Source: Octopus sinensis
Lineage: Eukaryota
Reading direction: 5' to 3'
NCBI RefSeq assembly: GCF_006345805.1
Contig: NC_042997.1
Location: 179,366,001 to 179,430,000 of the forward strand
Length of the DNA: 64,000 bases
A program made the translations under genes and the position numbers. The notes below the pieces were generated by a model. That model was not told the origin of the DNA, searched no databases, and worked only from the letters and a program-made list of their open reading frames with translations. Every line of letters begins with the position of its first letter. Positions within the stretch are counted from its first letter, which is position 1. Positions 13,346 to 26,616 of the stretch are shown here, piece by piece.

Positions 13346-13548
13346 ACATATGCCAAAGCATACACATATATATGTCTGTGTGTGTGTGTGTGTGTGCATG
13401 TGTGTATGTGTATGAGTAAACATAGACACATATATTTGTAACTGTGTGAACGCATGTACGTATGTGTGTGTGTGTGTGTGTGTGTGTGTATCTGAACATC
13501 TCATTCTCTCACTCACAATAACAAGAATATGAGAATAATTGGGTGTGT

Positions 13549-13955
13549 AAGGCAGCTGCTGGCAGAAATGTTAGTGCACCGGGCGAGATGCTTAGCGGTA
13601 TTTCTTCTGACGTTACGTTCCTAGTTCAAATTCCGCCAAGGTCGACTTGGCCTTTCATCATTTCGGTGTTGATTAATTAAGTACCAGTTACGCACTGGGA
13701 TCGATATAATCGACTTAATCCGTTTGTATGTCCTTGTTTGTCCTCTTTGTGTTTAGCCACTTGTGGTTAGTAAAGAAATAGAAATACGTATTTCGTCTGC
13801 CGCTACGTTCTGAGTTCAAATGCCGCCGATGCCGACTTTGAGTTTCATCCTTTCTTGATCAATAAATTAAATACAAGTTACGTTCTGGGGTTGATCTCAT
13901 CGACTGGCACCATCCCTAAAAATTTCAACCCTTGTTCCTAGAGTAGAAAAGAATA
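13549..13955 (+). mobile_element. SINE family A, head plus two bodies (tail 1, then tail 2)
   Basis: Head aaggcagctgctggcagaaatgttag; B box agttcaaattcc; second body starts cgtatttcgtctgccgc right after aaagaaatag. Confidence 0.85.
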
Positions 13956-14369
13956 ACTTGGTGTGTACTTGGTCTGAGATGTTATCTACTGATATTTCTT
14001 TTTAAGAAACTACATCCGATAGATATTTTATATATATATATATATATATTTCTCTCCTTCTCATCTCTGTTTCATTTACAAACGTCTTCCTAACTTTTCA
14101 CTCCCACCAAACCTACAACCTACCACACTCTGTCTGTATATCCCTTCAGCAAGCCTCCGCTCACCACCACAGACAGGAATCCTGCCAGCCATACAAACAA
14201 AACATATTTTTAAAGCTTCTTGCTTGAATTGCTATTCATTTGCTGAATGCATATCAAAATCGATAGGACTCACTCACTATTTTATACCATTTTTTTTTTT
14301 TTTTGCTTTTTCAGTGTTTTTTTTGTTGATGAATCCTAATTAATCTCAAATCAACTTTCTATTTCTTTC

Positions 14370-14845
14370 GTTTATATTTTTTTCTGCATATTTTTTTCTT
14401 TCTCTGTCTCTTTTTTTCTTTCTTTCGTTCTTCATTTCTCCCTTTCTGAAGTTTTTTTTTCTTCATGTTTTTGTTTAAACATTTTACCTCACCCTCCTCC
14501 TCCTCCTGATTCTTCATCATCGTCATCGTCATCATCATCATTATCACCATCATCATCATTATCACCATCATCATCTTCGCCTTCTGCTCCTCCATCTTCT
14601 TCGCCTTCTCCTTTTTCTTCTTCTTCATCTTCACCTGCTTCTTCGCCCTCTCCTTTTTTCTTCAACTTCTTCACCTTCTTCGCCCTCTCCTCTTTTCTTC
14701 TTCATCTTCTTCATCCTGTTGTTGTTCTTCTCTTCGCCCTCTCCTTCTTTCTTCTTCTTCATCATCTTGTAGTTGTTGTTCTTCTTCGCCGCCTTCTCCT
14801 TTTACTTCATCTTCTTCTTCTTGTTCTTCGTTATCGTCGTAGTCG
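14370..14845. repeat. Pyrimidine-rich low-complexity tract ((TTC)n/(TCA)n, recurring ttcgccctctcc motif)
   Basis: Directly visible; explains the acidic and lysine-rich minus-strand ORFs. Confidence 0.85.
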
Positions 14846-15519
14846 TCTTTTCACATATAAATTGTTTGTATTAGTATGTGTGTGGTTATAACTTTCATGA
14901 CTTTCCTGACTTTTAACCAATCCACGCTTTGCACCGGCATCTTAATTTGGTACATTTAGTACGTTGTACATCTCTCCCCCCTCTCTCTCTCTCTATCTAT
15001 CTATCAGTAAATCAGTCAGTCTGTCTGTCTATCTATCATTTGTCTAGTCTATGTAGAGTCTCCCTATACATGACAGCTATAAACGCGTGCTTCACATGTC
15101 ACAGCTTAAATCTTCCAAGGCAATAAGGAATTTAAAACCACAACATTCATGAATACATAAAGTAAATGAGGGCAACATAAAAATTGGAGCGGAAATTGAA
15201 GAATTCTAAATTTACTGTTCGAAGCAGATCTATGTGATTGACTTCAATTTATTTATCTGTCTGTCTCTCTATCTATCTAGCTATCTATCTATCTCGATAT
15301 AGATACATAAATAGATAGATAGATCTTTCTATATAAATGTCATCGAGGTTCTCTGCAATCCAGTATACCTAAACGCACGTATATATATATGTATATCGAA
15401 AAATAAGTAAAATTTCCTCAGAACCAAGCAAACAAGCTACATAACCCTCTAAACTAGCTGCGTACCTTTCTATCCATCTACCAACACAAGCGACCTATTT
15501 AGATATAATTCTTTAAAAA

Positions 15520-15583
<64 letters not shown>

Positions 15584-15677
15584 CATACATACATACATGT
15601 ATATATATATATATGTTTGTGTGTCTATCTATCTATGTATATATATATATGTTGATACATACAAACATATACACACT

Positions 15678-15712
<35 letters not shown>

Positions 15713-16135
15713 ATTCCAAGTTGTTTTGAACTAAAGTCATAGAAATAATTATACCATTGAGAAGTTTTTTTTTTATTTCAATAAATGAGGCTTTACAAAA
15801 GTAGTATTGGTTTTAGTCTAGTTCATTGCTATTACATGATTTCTAAGTATCTCAATCATTGACAAGATAATTTAGTTGAAATTTGATTTGTCTCTCCCTT
15901 ATTTTACTGATATTTTATACATTTTTATCTTGTTTTCTATTCTATTTTGTTCAAATTAAATTTGTGTTTATGATTTTCTTTGTTTCATTTTTCCTTTTCA
16001 GTCGTTTTGTTTGCTTAAATGTAATGCCTCAGAAACAAGATTTATAAACGAAAAGAAATTATAATTGGTTTGTATTGGCCGTTTCGACTGGATCGTGGGT
16101 TTATGCATCTGAATGAGTGTATAGTGCGTGTGCTT

Positions 16136-16169
<34 letters not shown>

Positions 16170-16484
16170 ATCTGTGCGTGTGCTTCTCTGTGTGTGTGTA
16201 TCTGTGCGTGTGCTTCTCTCTGTGTGTGTGTGTGTGTGTGTGTATGTGCGTGTGCGTGCGTACACGTGTCTTTTAGCCTTTCTCTAACTGTTGGGTAATA
16301 TCAGTCATTATTTTTTTGTCTGTGAGGAAATGACGGTGTTCCATTGAACCAGACATTTTAGTTTAGTGAAACATTGATTTGAAAGCAAATTTGCTCTTTA
16401 CTACTACTGTATACTGGAATAATTCGCTGCTTCTCTCATGTCTGGCGTAGTTACTGATGTTGGTATTACTACAAGCCTATTGAA

Positions 16485-16670
16485 GGCGGTTAGCTGGCCG
16501 AAACGTAATCCTTAGCACGCCGGATTTACGCACACGTTCAATTTTCTCCGATGTCTACTTTGCCTTTCATCTATTCAGGATTGATAAACAAAATATCAGT
16601 TGAGCACTGAGATTTTGAAAGCAATCGATTTGCCTCATCCTTCAAAATTTCGAGCCTCGTACGCATAAGT
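16485..16670 (+). mobile_element. Degenerate SINE family A (tail type 2)
   Basis: gaaggcggttagctggccgaaacg...ttagcacgccgg...gcctttcatc...aaaatttcgagcctcg. Confidence 0.65.
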
Positions 16671-17860
16671 AGTAAGAATTACAACCACGATAAGTGTGGG
16701 GCACGATCATGAGTTGCGAGGGCAAAATGCTCATGGTACTTATTTACAATGTCTTTACACTCTGAATTCATATCCCACTGTTAGTTCCAAATGCGTGTCT
16801 TCATCGTTTCCGCATCGATGAAACAGAGTACCAATCGTCTTCTTGAATCTATTTAACCGAATGCTCAGTCGTTATTGCTTTTCAGTAATTGACAGTAACG
16901 TGAATACAACGACGCTTGTTATATGGTAATGTATGGCAAATTCAATATTGTGGTACACGAAATATCTTTGGCTGCTCAAAAATAACAAACAAACCATACA
17001 CCGGCGGACTTAAAACTTACTTCAAAAACACAAAAGAAAAAAAACCAAAAGTTTCCCAGCGGATCTAATTAATAATATTTCTTGAGTTATCTTTGCTATA
17101 AGTCTTTTTCTGATTAAAATTTATAGAAGTTATGAGCTATGAAATATCAATTCGGCTTTTGATTCTCCATATATTCCGAACGTGTGTCTATGTAATATCA
17201 AGGCGTCCACAGGTCAAAGCTGTACATGTATTTGCATATGAATGTGTATGCAAGGACATCACTTTTTCATAAAAGCCTTGCAGTTCCTCATGCATACAAG
17301 CTCTCTTCCCCACTTCAGAGATGTAAAAATTGGCTCCAGTGTTGTCGCACGCGTAGCCTAGGAATGGAAGGCGTCAGAAGAAATGCCTTATGAGTTCTGA
17401 TACATTTCCTTCGGTCCATCGCTGGGCTTTGGTGCATTTTATCCACACACCGAATAGCTGGAAGTCAGGGTTAACCTCGGCAGAATTTGAACTCAAATGG
17501 TAGAGAATAGTCTAGTCAACGTTGTAGCGGCAATGCCAGTCAACCATCTTTGAAGTATATCATTGTGTTTCAAAGTAACACCGTTTGTTAAGCAATGCTG
17601 TAATTGCTAATATGATTATTACAAGCTTGAAATATGGAACAGTTAGCGGAAAGAAAAGGCTTGATGCTTTGCTGTAACATCTATTTATGCTTCCTTAAGC
17701 GAATCAGGACGGCATAATATAAACAAATGATAGCGCAACTACAAGTTACTTTGTATTTAGTAAGGTCTATTTATATCCTGAGCTCAAATGTGTGGTGTTC
17801 ATAAAAGGATAAGCAACAGTAATGTACAGAAGTGCATTGAAGTATTAAGAAATTTTCCAG

Positions 17861-18239
17861 GACATGGCCATTATAAAAGCTTCCGTTAAGGAGAAGAACG
17901 GATGTAGTCCAAATTCGATGCAAAGTAAGCATTATTTGACTAAAATAAATGAGATATTTTAGTCAATATCCTCTGCTGTAAAGATTGAGAGTTGGCTGAT
18001 ACATTAGCACACCGCAAAAATGCTTCGTGATATTTAATCAGCTTTACATTCTGTGTTCAAATACCGCAGAGGTCGACTTTGCTTTTCATCCTTCTGGTAC
18101 CAATAGAATAAATTCTAGTTGAGTACTGGAGGCGATGTACTCGACCTACCCTTCCTTCAAAGTTGCTGGTCCAAAATTTGAAACCAATATCTTCCGTTAT
18201 ATATAAGTATAATTGAAAAGTTCGACGTGTATGTATGTA

Positions 18240-18270
<31 letters not shown>

Positions 18271-18271
18271 C

Positions 18272-18312
<41 letters not shown>

Positions 18313-20804
18313 AATGTGCTGTTCTGTGACAAAAAATTTAACAAAACAGTACTCCCATCTGGTGAGAGATAAGTATTATTTATTTAAAGGTCACAATACT
18401 TGTAAAAACACACTACTATTAATCCACCTACTTGATTTCACTGGTGCACAAAAGGTACCCCCCGTGCGGGCTAATATGCACTTGTATAGTTTTAAAACTA
18501 GGCAATAAACAAACAACTTACCTAGAACTACTACGTACCTCAGCTGACCAGAAACATTACTTCCTGCTTCCAGCTCCTCCCCGCCCCTTATAATTTATTT
18601 ATCAGACACCACTCCTATATCTTCTTTTCATTTGATTCTGTTTAAATGTATTTTCAGGGTACCACGATATATTTACTTATTTATTCTACTGTAGACCCGC
18701 AAATGACCTCTGTCCAAATTCACAAAGACATTGCCCTAGCTAGCTTCAATAATATCAAATTTCCCCCTACTGGACCCCCTCCTTCGCTGATAAGCTTTTC
18801 TTGTCAATCGGTATGCTTTCCACGCATTTTCAATCGAACCTTTTGCGTGTTAACATAGAATCACTTAACGACAATGTTGACTTCTTTTGATTAAGTTTTC
18901 TTTAGACTAATGAGTTGCTAGCGGATCGCCCCTTGTGTGGTAATTACTACTAACAAGGCTCTGCTAGTTATGACATATACGTAACTAGTATTTTTTTCTA
19001 CTATATTCCCTAATCTTGGATTTCTCTTCGCATACACATCAACCCCTGGTGTAAACCGTAATCTATAAAACAAATTTTTCAGCTTATCGAACTTTTCGAT
19101 ACGTGGCAAACTTACAACACCCAACGTCAATAAAATACTTTTGTTCCTGAAATTTGTTCTTTGTACCTTCTACGGACTGCTCTAAGCCTATTATCTCCCT
19201 ACACTGTGATCCTTGGATCTTGATTTACACACACTCACACATACTTCTTTTGTTACACGAGCAAATTGAAGGCTTACCCATGTATTTTGTTCGTCTGTAT
19301 GTATTAGTACCATAAGGCACATTTCCCCTTGTTTCGTTTTCATTTTCGAGTACGTATAGACAAATATTATTAGGGTAGCAAATATATGTTCTGAGGCAAA
19401 CTGCATGGTTGTTATAAACATAACTGGAATATCTATCATACATGTTGCAAAAAGGACGACATACAATAATCTATTTTCTTTTAACTTTTGCAAACTCATT
19501 TCAAACTTTAGTATTAAAATTTCCCAGCAAATTTAGATTTTATTTTATTTTAGATATTTTTTCTATTTCTAGCGTTAGGTATTAAAAATAAGTTAAATGT
19601 CGGACTATATTTGTCTCTTCCCAACAATGAAGAGTGTAGGGGATCGCCCGAATCGCTAATTTTATTCACTAAGTCTTTCCGAAATCACAAGTTTTCTCTG
19701 AGAATAGAAAGGTATGTAGTATCTAATACAGTACTCTGATCGCTGTGCCTGAGAAAGCGACGGTATTGTCAAGGCTGGAATACCTCAGACAATATATTTA
19801 GCTAACTCTATCCGTCTGTGAGTTGTTATAGTTGCTCATATTGTAAGATCAAATTTCGCCAGTTTATTTCTTATCATTCCAAGTTTTGGTTCCGGAAAAA
19901 TAAATATAAATCATCGAGTAATATCGAGAAAAGCACCTAAATACACGCCACCTACATTTGTCGCCTTGTACTAATGTTGATATCAAATTTTAGAACCAAG
20001 GCCAGAAATTTCGAGGAAAGCCATACGTTGATTACATCTCATCCAATTCTCAATCGTTACTTATTTCATCGATCTCGAATGGATGACAGGCAAGGTCGAT
20101 CTCGTTAGTATTTAAACTCAGAAAGTAAAGTCAGAATAAATGTTGCTAAACATTTTGTCCTTACGGCCAGGTTACTTATATCTTTATTGCCCACAAGGGG
20201 CTAAACATAGAGGGGACAAACAAGGAGAGACAAGGGGATTAAGTTGATTACACCGAGTTAATTTATCGATCTCGAAAGGATGAAAGGTACAGTCGACGTC
20301 GGCGGTATTTGAACTCAGAACGTAACGGCAGACGAAATACCTATTCCTTTACTACTCATAAGGGGTTAAACACTGAGAGGACAAACAAGGACAGACAAAC
20401 GGATTAAGTCGATTATATCGACCCCAGTCGTAACTGATACTTATTTAATCGACCCCGAAAGGATGAAAGGCAAAGTCGACCTCGGCGGAATTTGAACTCA
20501 GAACGTAATGGCAGACGAAATACCGCCAGGCATTTCGCCCGGCGTGCTAACGATTCTGCCAGCTCACTGCCTCAACTTGTGCCAATATTAGAAATCAATA
20601 TTTCAATGACGACTACTTTATTATTGGTGATTTACGTTTTAGTTTTCTTGCTGTCACAATCCTGACAAAAAACTTAGTTAATTACCTCTATAATTACCAT
20701 TATTAAACACAGAACTCGTTAAATAGGAAAGACAATAATGCTTCTCTTTTTCCTTTTCTAGAGAAAATACAAAAATGCTTGCCTTTTTTAAATCAAACTT
20801 CTGA
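17861..20804 (+). CDS. Speculative three-exon small ORF (17861-17924, 19573-19711, 20762-20804), 80 aa, unknown product
   Basis: Splice-like sites ttttccag|GACATGG, CAAA|gtaagc, ttctatttctag|CG, GAAAG|gtatgt, ttccttttctag|AG. Phases 1 and 2 join in frame: MAIIKASVKEKNGCSPNSMQTLGIKNKLNVGLYLSLPNNEECRGSPESLILFTKSFRNHKFSLRIERENTKMLAFFKSNF*. No recognisable homology. Confidence 0.15.
18000..18190 (+). mobile_element. Degenerate SINE family A (tail type 2)
   Basis: gttcaaataccgcagaggtcgactttgcttttcatcc...ccaaaatttgaaaccaat. Confidence 0.7.
18516..18593 (-). promoter_or_regulatory. Candidate promoter and short first exon
   Basis: Minus strand reads TTATAA-GGGGCGGGGA (GC box)...CAGGAAGT (ETS-like), then donor-like GAG|GTACGT and a consensus TAG|GTAAGT, all within about 80 bp of non-repetitive DNA. 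Confidence 0.25.
19985..20575 (-). mobile_element. SINE family A cluster: head-body-body multimer plus a degenerate tail-2 copy
   Basis: Head at about 20520-20572; junction gacgaaatac|ctattccttttactac near 20340. Confidence 0.85.
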
Positions 20805-21768
20805 AATATGTAATGACATATAAATCTTCTGCACTTTCTCTTTTCGATATCCCAAAATTTTGTTTTATAAAATATAAATTTTCGAAGTAAATATTCGAAT
20901 AAAATATACAGTTTGAATTTTCGGCAGCAGCAAGATATACAGATCTAATTTTTAATCTCAGCATCGAAGCTAATAATATTCGCTGTTGAAAACTAGAATC
21001 TAGTTGTTGCTGTCTCAGCATTTTCATTGGTGGAAGTGGTTGTGAAATTAAGCGGTTGTAATAACTGACTTATTCACGTTGATTCGATGAGTGAAAACTC
21101 CTTAAAATAAATAAATAAATAAAATTAAATTAAAATAAATCAAAAATATATTTCTTGTTTTTCCTTTGCTCCTATGACAGTTGTAATTATGATATTTATT
21201 TTTCCTGATAATTATTTTCCACAGCAATCAAATTTAATTAGTTAAGCAATTAGATCATAGCGTGTGGTTAACATTCTAAATATCATATTGCAGATTCGGT
21301 TGTTCTATGAAGAGAAACGAGAGAAAATATTTTGCATCACTTCCCCAATATTAACACTTTATCCTGGTCCTTTAAAAAATATTCTATACTCGCTTTAACT
21401 GGATTATTATAAGTTGCTGATAAAAATCTCTCATTAACGACTTCGAACATTTCTTGACAATAATACTGATTTCCTAATTGAACATTTTGATTAATTGCCC
21501 TTTCTTTAGCCATACTGTAATGCACTCCCCTTTGTTAAGATGCCCCATTCAATGGTCTTCTAACCGGAAATAATGGCCAATTGTCTCTCAGACTACACTC
21601 TGCTGTCTTATATATTTTTCTGTTGATACAATCTATCCGAAATCCAGTGGACCTAAATTTCACACTTATTCTAATCAGGACAATTTACATGATCTTTCAG
21701 CTCTACAACTGAATTTTTAAGAACCTGGACCAAATTTGCACAGAGTTACCAACTTCATTTATGTTATA

Positions 21769-22586
21769 GAGGCTAATGCAGTTTCGCACCTCTCCTTGGA
21801 AAATGCATTTTTCTGAAAAAAAATTTTTTTCGGATTCCTACATTTTAGATGACAAAGATTACGAATATGCAAAAAAAAAATTAATTTCGACCAATTAAAA
21901 TTTTTGATTTTCCTAACTTTAAAGAGATCGTAGCGTACTGACGAACATATGCAAATCGAAATTAAATTCACACAAAAACATTAAAGTGAAAAGCATTTAC
22001 GTTTTACTTGTGTTTGCCTTAAATAATCGTAAATAATAATTGAATGTAAATTAAATATACACCATTTTATGAGAAGCAAACATTAATATTTAAAAGATTA
22101 ATGTCATTAAGTTTAATAAGGGACTCAAATTTCACCCCTCCCCCAATTTTACATTTTGAACTTTTTCCATCCATTTATATATTTGTCTGTCTATCTATTT
22201 ATCCCTATCCGTTTATTCATGAAAATATATTTGTCAACTAAACGTGGCGGTCCTATATAAGACGGTGTTACTGTTGCTTTTAGCCCCAGGAAGGCATTCA
22301 TATTTATCTATCTCTTTATACACTTATCTATATGTTTATTGAATTTAGAAGTTTCAAAACGTGGTTTCCTGCATATCTGGAATCTCTGTTATCTAAATCA
22401 TAGGGAGAAAAAATTTCGAAAAAGTTCAAAATTTTAGATGGGAAGGGGAGTAGTATTGGGGGGGGGGTATTTTTTTTTCTTTTTTGCATATCCATAATCT
22501 CCGACATCTGAAACGAAGGAATCTGAAAAAAAAAAACTTTAAAAAAATGCATTTTTCAAGGAGAGGTGTGAAACTGCATTAGCCCC
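21769..22586. mobile_element. MITE-like element with long (about 120 bp) imperfect terminal inverted repeats, superfamily unassigned
   Basis: Left gaggctaatgcagtttcgcacctctccttggaaaatgcattt...atatgcaaaaa is the inverse of right tttttgcatat...aaatgcatttttcaaggagaggtgtgaaactgcattagcccc. No clean TSD. Confidence 0.8.
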
Positions 22587-23779
22587 ATTTAGTACCTGTT
22601 ATTTATTTCAGAAAGTCTCTTTCCAGATTCGTTAACCGATATATTGTGCGAAAACAAGAAAATAAAAGAAGTTGAAGTGTTAGGGAAATTTTCATCATGA
22701 TATATTTCAAATGCGCGTTGTGTGTATATGTGTGTGTGTGTGTGTGTGCGTGCATGTATGAGTGTGTGTGTGTGTGTGCGTGCATGTATGAGTGTGTGTG
22801 TGTATGTGTGCATGTATGTGTGTGTATGCACAGGTATGAGTGTGCGTGTGTGAGTATATGCATGAACGAGTGTATGTATGTATGTATGTATATGAGTATG
22901 TTAGTGTGTGCATGTATGAGTGTGTGTATGTTTGTGTTTAAGTCCTACAATGTTAAACGTCCACGTGACCTTGTAGTAACAAGTGAATTAAATCGAATCA
23001 TATATCAGAAGTTAGCCGCAGATATTTCAGTTCAGCTACGTCTACAGAAAATGTAAAAATAAATACCATATTAACAGGCACTGTGTAGTACCCGTGTCCC
23101 AATATGATGACTCAGGAACCGACCTATTATAGCACTTGGCTCGTTAATAATTGGCAAGATAATAGACATAATCTGCATTAAAGCAAAAATATATATTATC
23201 AAACGCCAGATTATTTCATGCTTGGCCATGTGTTGATACATTACTGGCAGGTTATTAAAACTATACAATAAGTGTCACTATATGCCTTATGAATTAACAT
23301 CCGTTTAAGTACATGAACGATTTCTAAAAATCGAATAAAATTGAAAAAAATCAAATCGAATGATATATTACTTATGTTCGCTGCTACTAGAAGAAAAACA
23401 GTATGATTTTTTCACTCACATGTCATTGGAAAATAGAATGATTCGTTACACCAGATACTGTAATATATGAATTCCACAGCGAGACTGATTATAACATTAT
23501 CGTTAATATAAGTTTTCATTATGCTTCATAGTGCAACTACTGATTTGGTAAACGTTATCCACTTGACTAATCATTTTTAATGAGAAATACGATTTTGATT
23601 AGTCTCATTAGCTCAGTCAGTGAGACAAAGCTGTAATGACGTTCATCAACTTCCCAAGCAAATAAACAGACTACTAGCCAACAAAGGAGTCTTTATATGA
23701 TCAGGGGACTTACTAGAAATATCAACTAAATATATTTTTCTTGGATTACTCTTCAAATAATAAATGCACCCTTTTAAAA

Positions 23780-23980
23780 GCCTAACCAGGCTCAGGGACC
23801 CGGTTTCTATGGCGTATGTGTTCCCCAGCGTTACTCATTTTTGCCACCCCAGTGGACTGGAGCAACGTAAAATGAAGTGTTTTGCTCAAGAACACAACGC
23901 GTCACCCCGTCCAGGAATTGAAACCACAATCTTACGATCATGGTGCTTACACCCTAACCACTAAACCACGCGCCTCCACT
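23780..23980 (-). mobile_element. tRNA-derived SINE family C
   Basis: Minus strand ggcgcgtggtttagtggttagg (A box)...ggtttcaattcctgg (B box)...gtgttcttgagcaaaacacttc; homologous to 50200-50330. Confidence 0.8.
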
Positions 23981-24560
23981 TAATTACTTTTAAGCGTTTT
24001 CAAAACAAAGGATGGATACATTAGACAATGCAGTCGCACACACTTGTGTAAGAATTGTTAGCTGGAATGCTTTTGGTAATTCAGCGTCTTTTCTATTATT
24101 GTTGACCTGCGCCTAGGTAACAACAGTGAAATGTTCTTCCAGAACTCTCGAAACAATAAGAGATAATGGATAATGTAGTCCTACTTATGCTATACCTTAA
24201 AAACATGGGATTGTCATGATTCGAATGCTACTGATCGAACGACAACTCAATTAGGTTTCACTTAAGGCTAAACAAAACCACCACCGACAACAACAATAGC
24301 AGCAGCAGCAACAACATCAGCAGCAATCCAATCAAATAACACATTACAATCTAGAAAAAGGAGACAGTGAATAACGTACTCATACATTCGTAGTAGTTGA
24401 AACAAACGGGACTGTCATAGCTGGAATGCCGTTTATCAAGCACATGCTACGGATTGACAGAAACTAAACAACATTTGCTCTTAGTTGTTGTCGTTAATAG
24501 GCTTCGTAATCAAAAGCATTCGAGAATCCACTCGTGACAACGTAGTCTTTATCTCGTAGT

Positions 24561-24945
24561 ATACTCTTGTACTTGTTTCAGTCATTTGACAGTAACCATG
24601 ATGGAGCACCGCCTTTAATCGAGCAAATCGACTCCATGACTTATTCTTTGTAAGCCTAGTTTTTATTCTAACGGTTTCTTTTGCCGAACCGCTAAGTTAC
24701 AAGGATGTAAAAACACCAGCATCGTTTGTCAAGCGATGTTGTAGGACAAACACACACACACACACACATATATATACGACGGCCTTCTTTCAGTTTCCAT
24801 CTTCCGTCTACCAAATCCACAAACAAGGCTTTGGTCGGCCAGAGGCTATAGTAGAAGACACTACTAGCCCAAGGTTCCACGCAGTGGGACTGAACCTTGA
24901 ACGATGTGGTTCGTAAGCAAGCTACTTCACACACAGCCACTCCTA
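24561..24945 (-). mobile_element. SINE family B, near full length
   Basis: Reverse complement of the 30878-31280 layout, including the internal (TA)/(CA) tract. Confidence 0.88.
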
Positions 24946-25605
24946 CGCAACTATTTGGCAACTAAATAGTAACTAATTCATTATTTTGATATGTGTGACG
25001 TGTGAAAAGTCTTACTGATATATCTCGTAGAGAAACGACAACAACGAGAGTGGTTACTCTGATGGAAATTTCAGCCATGACATTCTTGTATTTATTGGGC
25101 CTTTTCCCCAGAGATTAGAAAATAATTTGAGCGCTATATATATAGTCAAGCCATCACGTAGAAGCTAAGACTTCGAATCATTATTGCAGGTATTACGTTG
25201 TGGTGTTTTAGCCCTAGATCAATCCCCACTCCTCAGACATATGTGTTCTAACCGGTTGTCCGTACGACTAGGTAAACTTCAGAGATCCGTTGTTTCAGAT
25301 AAGCCACAGAACCACCAGGTAACGGGAATACCCACACTGCGAAGTAAAACTTTCAGTTTACCGTATACGTTGCAGAAGAACTCTCTAGATGTTTCTATTT
25401 TGCAGCTAGGCAGTCTTAGCCAGTATGTTAGTAGTTCTTCTTATGGCAGAATCTTAATGATAACACACTACAGCGATATCAGATCCACTCTATCTATTTT
25501 TCAGGATTACATTGGTTATTGTGTCATTTAAGGTTTAAAGACGTACTAGTTACTTCAATACCAACTGTTCATACCAACTGTTTTTGTAGCTTTTGTTTTT
25601 GAGGC

Positions 25606-25800
25606 TGTTGTTAAGCAACAAGACGGGTAAGGGTGATTAGGTGATGGTCTAGGGCTTAGGGGCGGGAGACTCCAGACCTTGGAAAAAAAAACTTTGGTTG
25701 TCCCGTTTTAGTCGAGGGCTTTTCGTCAACGCCCGACACCACTGGGAGGTGGCCCTCGAAGTCGCTGGAAATGGAGATCTCCAAGTCCAAATTCTTGGAC
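25606..25800 (-). mobile_element. GC-rich structured ~200-bp dispersed element, copy 2
   Basis: Homologous to 3672-3866 with nearly the same boundaries. Confidence 0.75.
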
Positions 25801-26616
25801 TGCTATTGCTGTGGCTGTCACTAGAGATAAAGTTTGACTATGAAAGATGAGGTAAAATAACCAGATTTTTAAACTACAATTATCATCAGTGATGTGCAAC
25901 GCAATACAACAATGCCGCATTTGAGAATGACTATTATCTGGATTGTATAAAGGGGATTGTTTGCTCAGGATGTTGTTGCTGTTGTTGCAATCTTCATGTG
26001 ATGGTTTGGAAGTTGAGATTGCTCTAGTGTTTGGATTGATTCTATACAGAGTGCTAAGTATGCTAGAGCTTGTGAAAGCTGACCTTGTGAGAGCTGTAAC
26101 AACTTGTGTTGTCATTCTAATAATTTATACCCTTAGCATACATCTGGGAGTTTTTGCTTTGGTTCTCATGATTGTCTCCTTTTGAAAAAATAATTAAATT
26201 AAATGAGACATTTTGTCTCCATTACAGCTATAATTTTAATAGTTATACGATTTCTTTAGCGCTCTACAAACATATAAAACATCATTATAAAGCTTATAAA
26301 TTTTTAGTGCTGTTGTTTCTACAAACACCAGTCGTTGAATTGGGAATTTAAATACAGAGTTTTTACTATGTGTTCAGAAAGAAATGGAAACTAACAATGA
26401 ATTTAGTGAATATTCATGGAGGTATATGCATAAAAACACACATACGTGTGTTAGAATATATGCATATATATGTGTGTTAGAATATATGCATATACAAAGA
26501 GAGAGAGAGAAAGAGAGAGAGTAAGTGAGTGAGAGAATATATAAATTGAGGTGCAGAGAAAGCTAGAAAAACACGTTTTATTCAAAAGTTTAATACTCAA
26601 ACTAAATTATACAATA

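Noticed and set aside
14359-14674. Acidic and lysine-rich minus-strand ORFs
   Set aside because: Products of degenerate trinucleotide repeats; no non-repetitive coding flank or convincing splice context.
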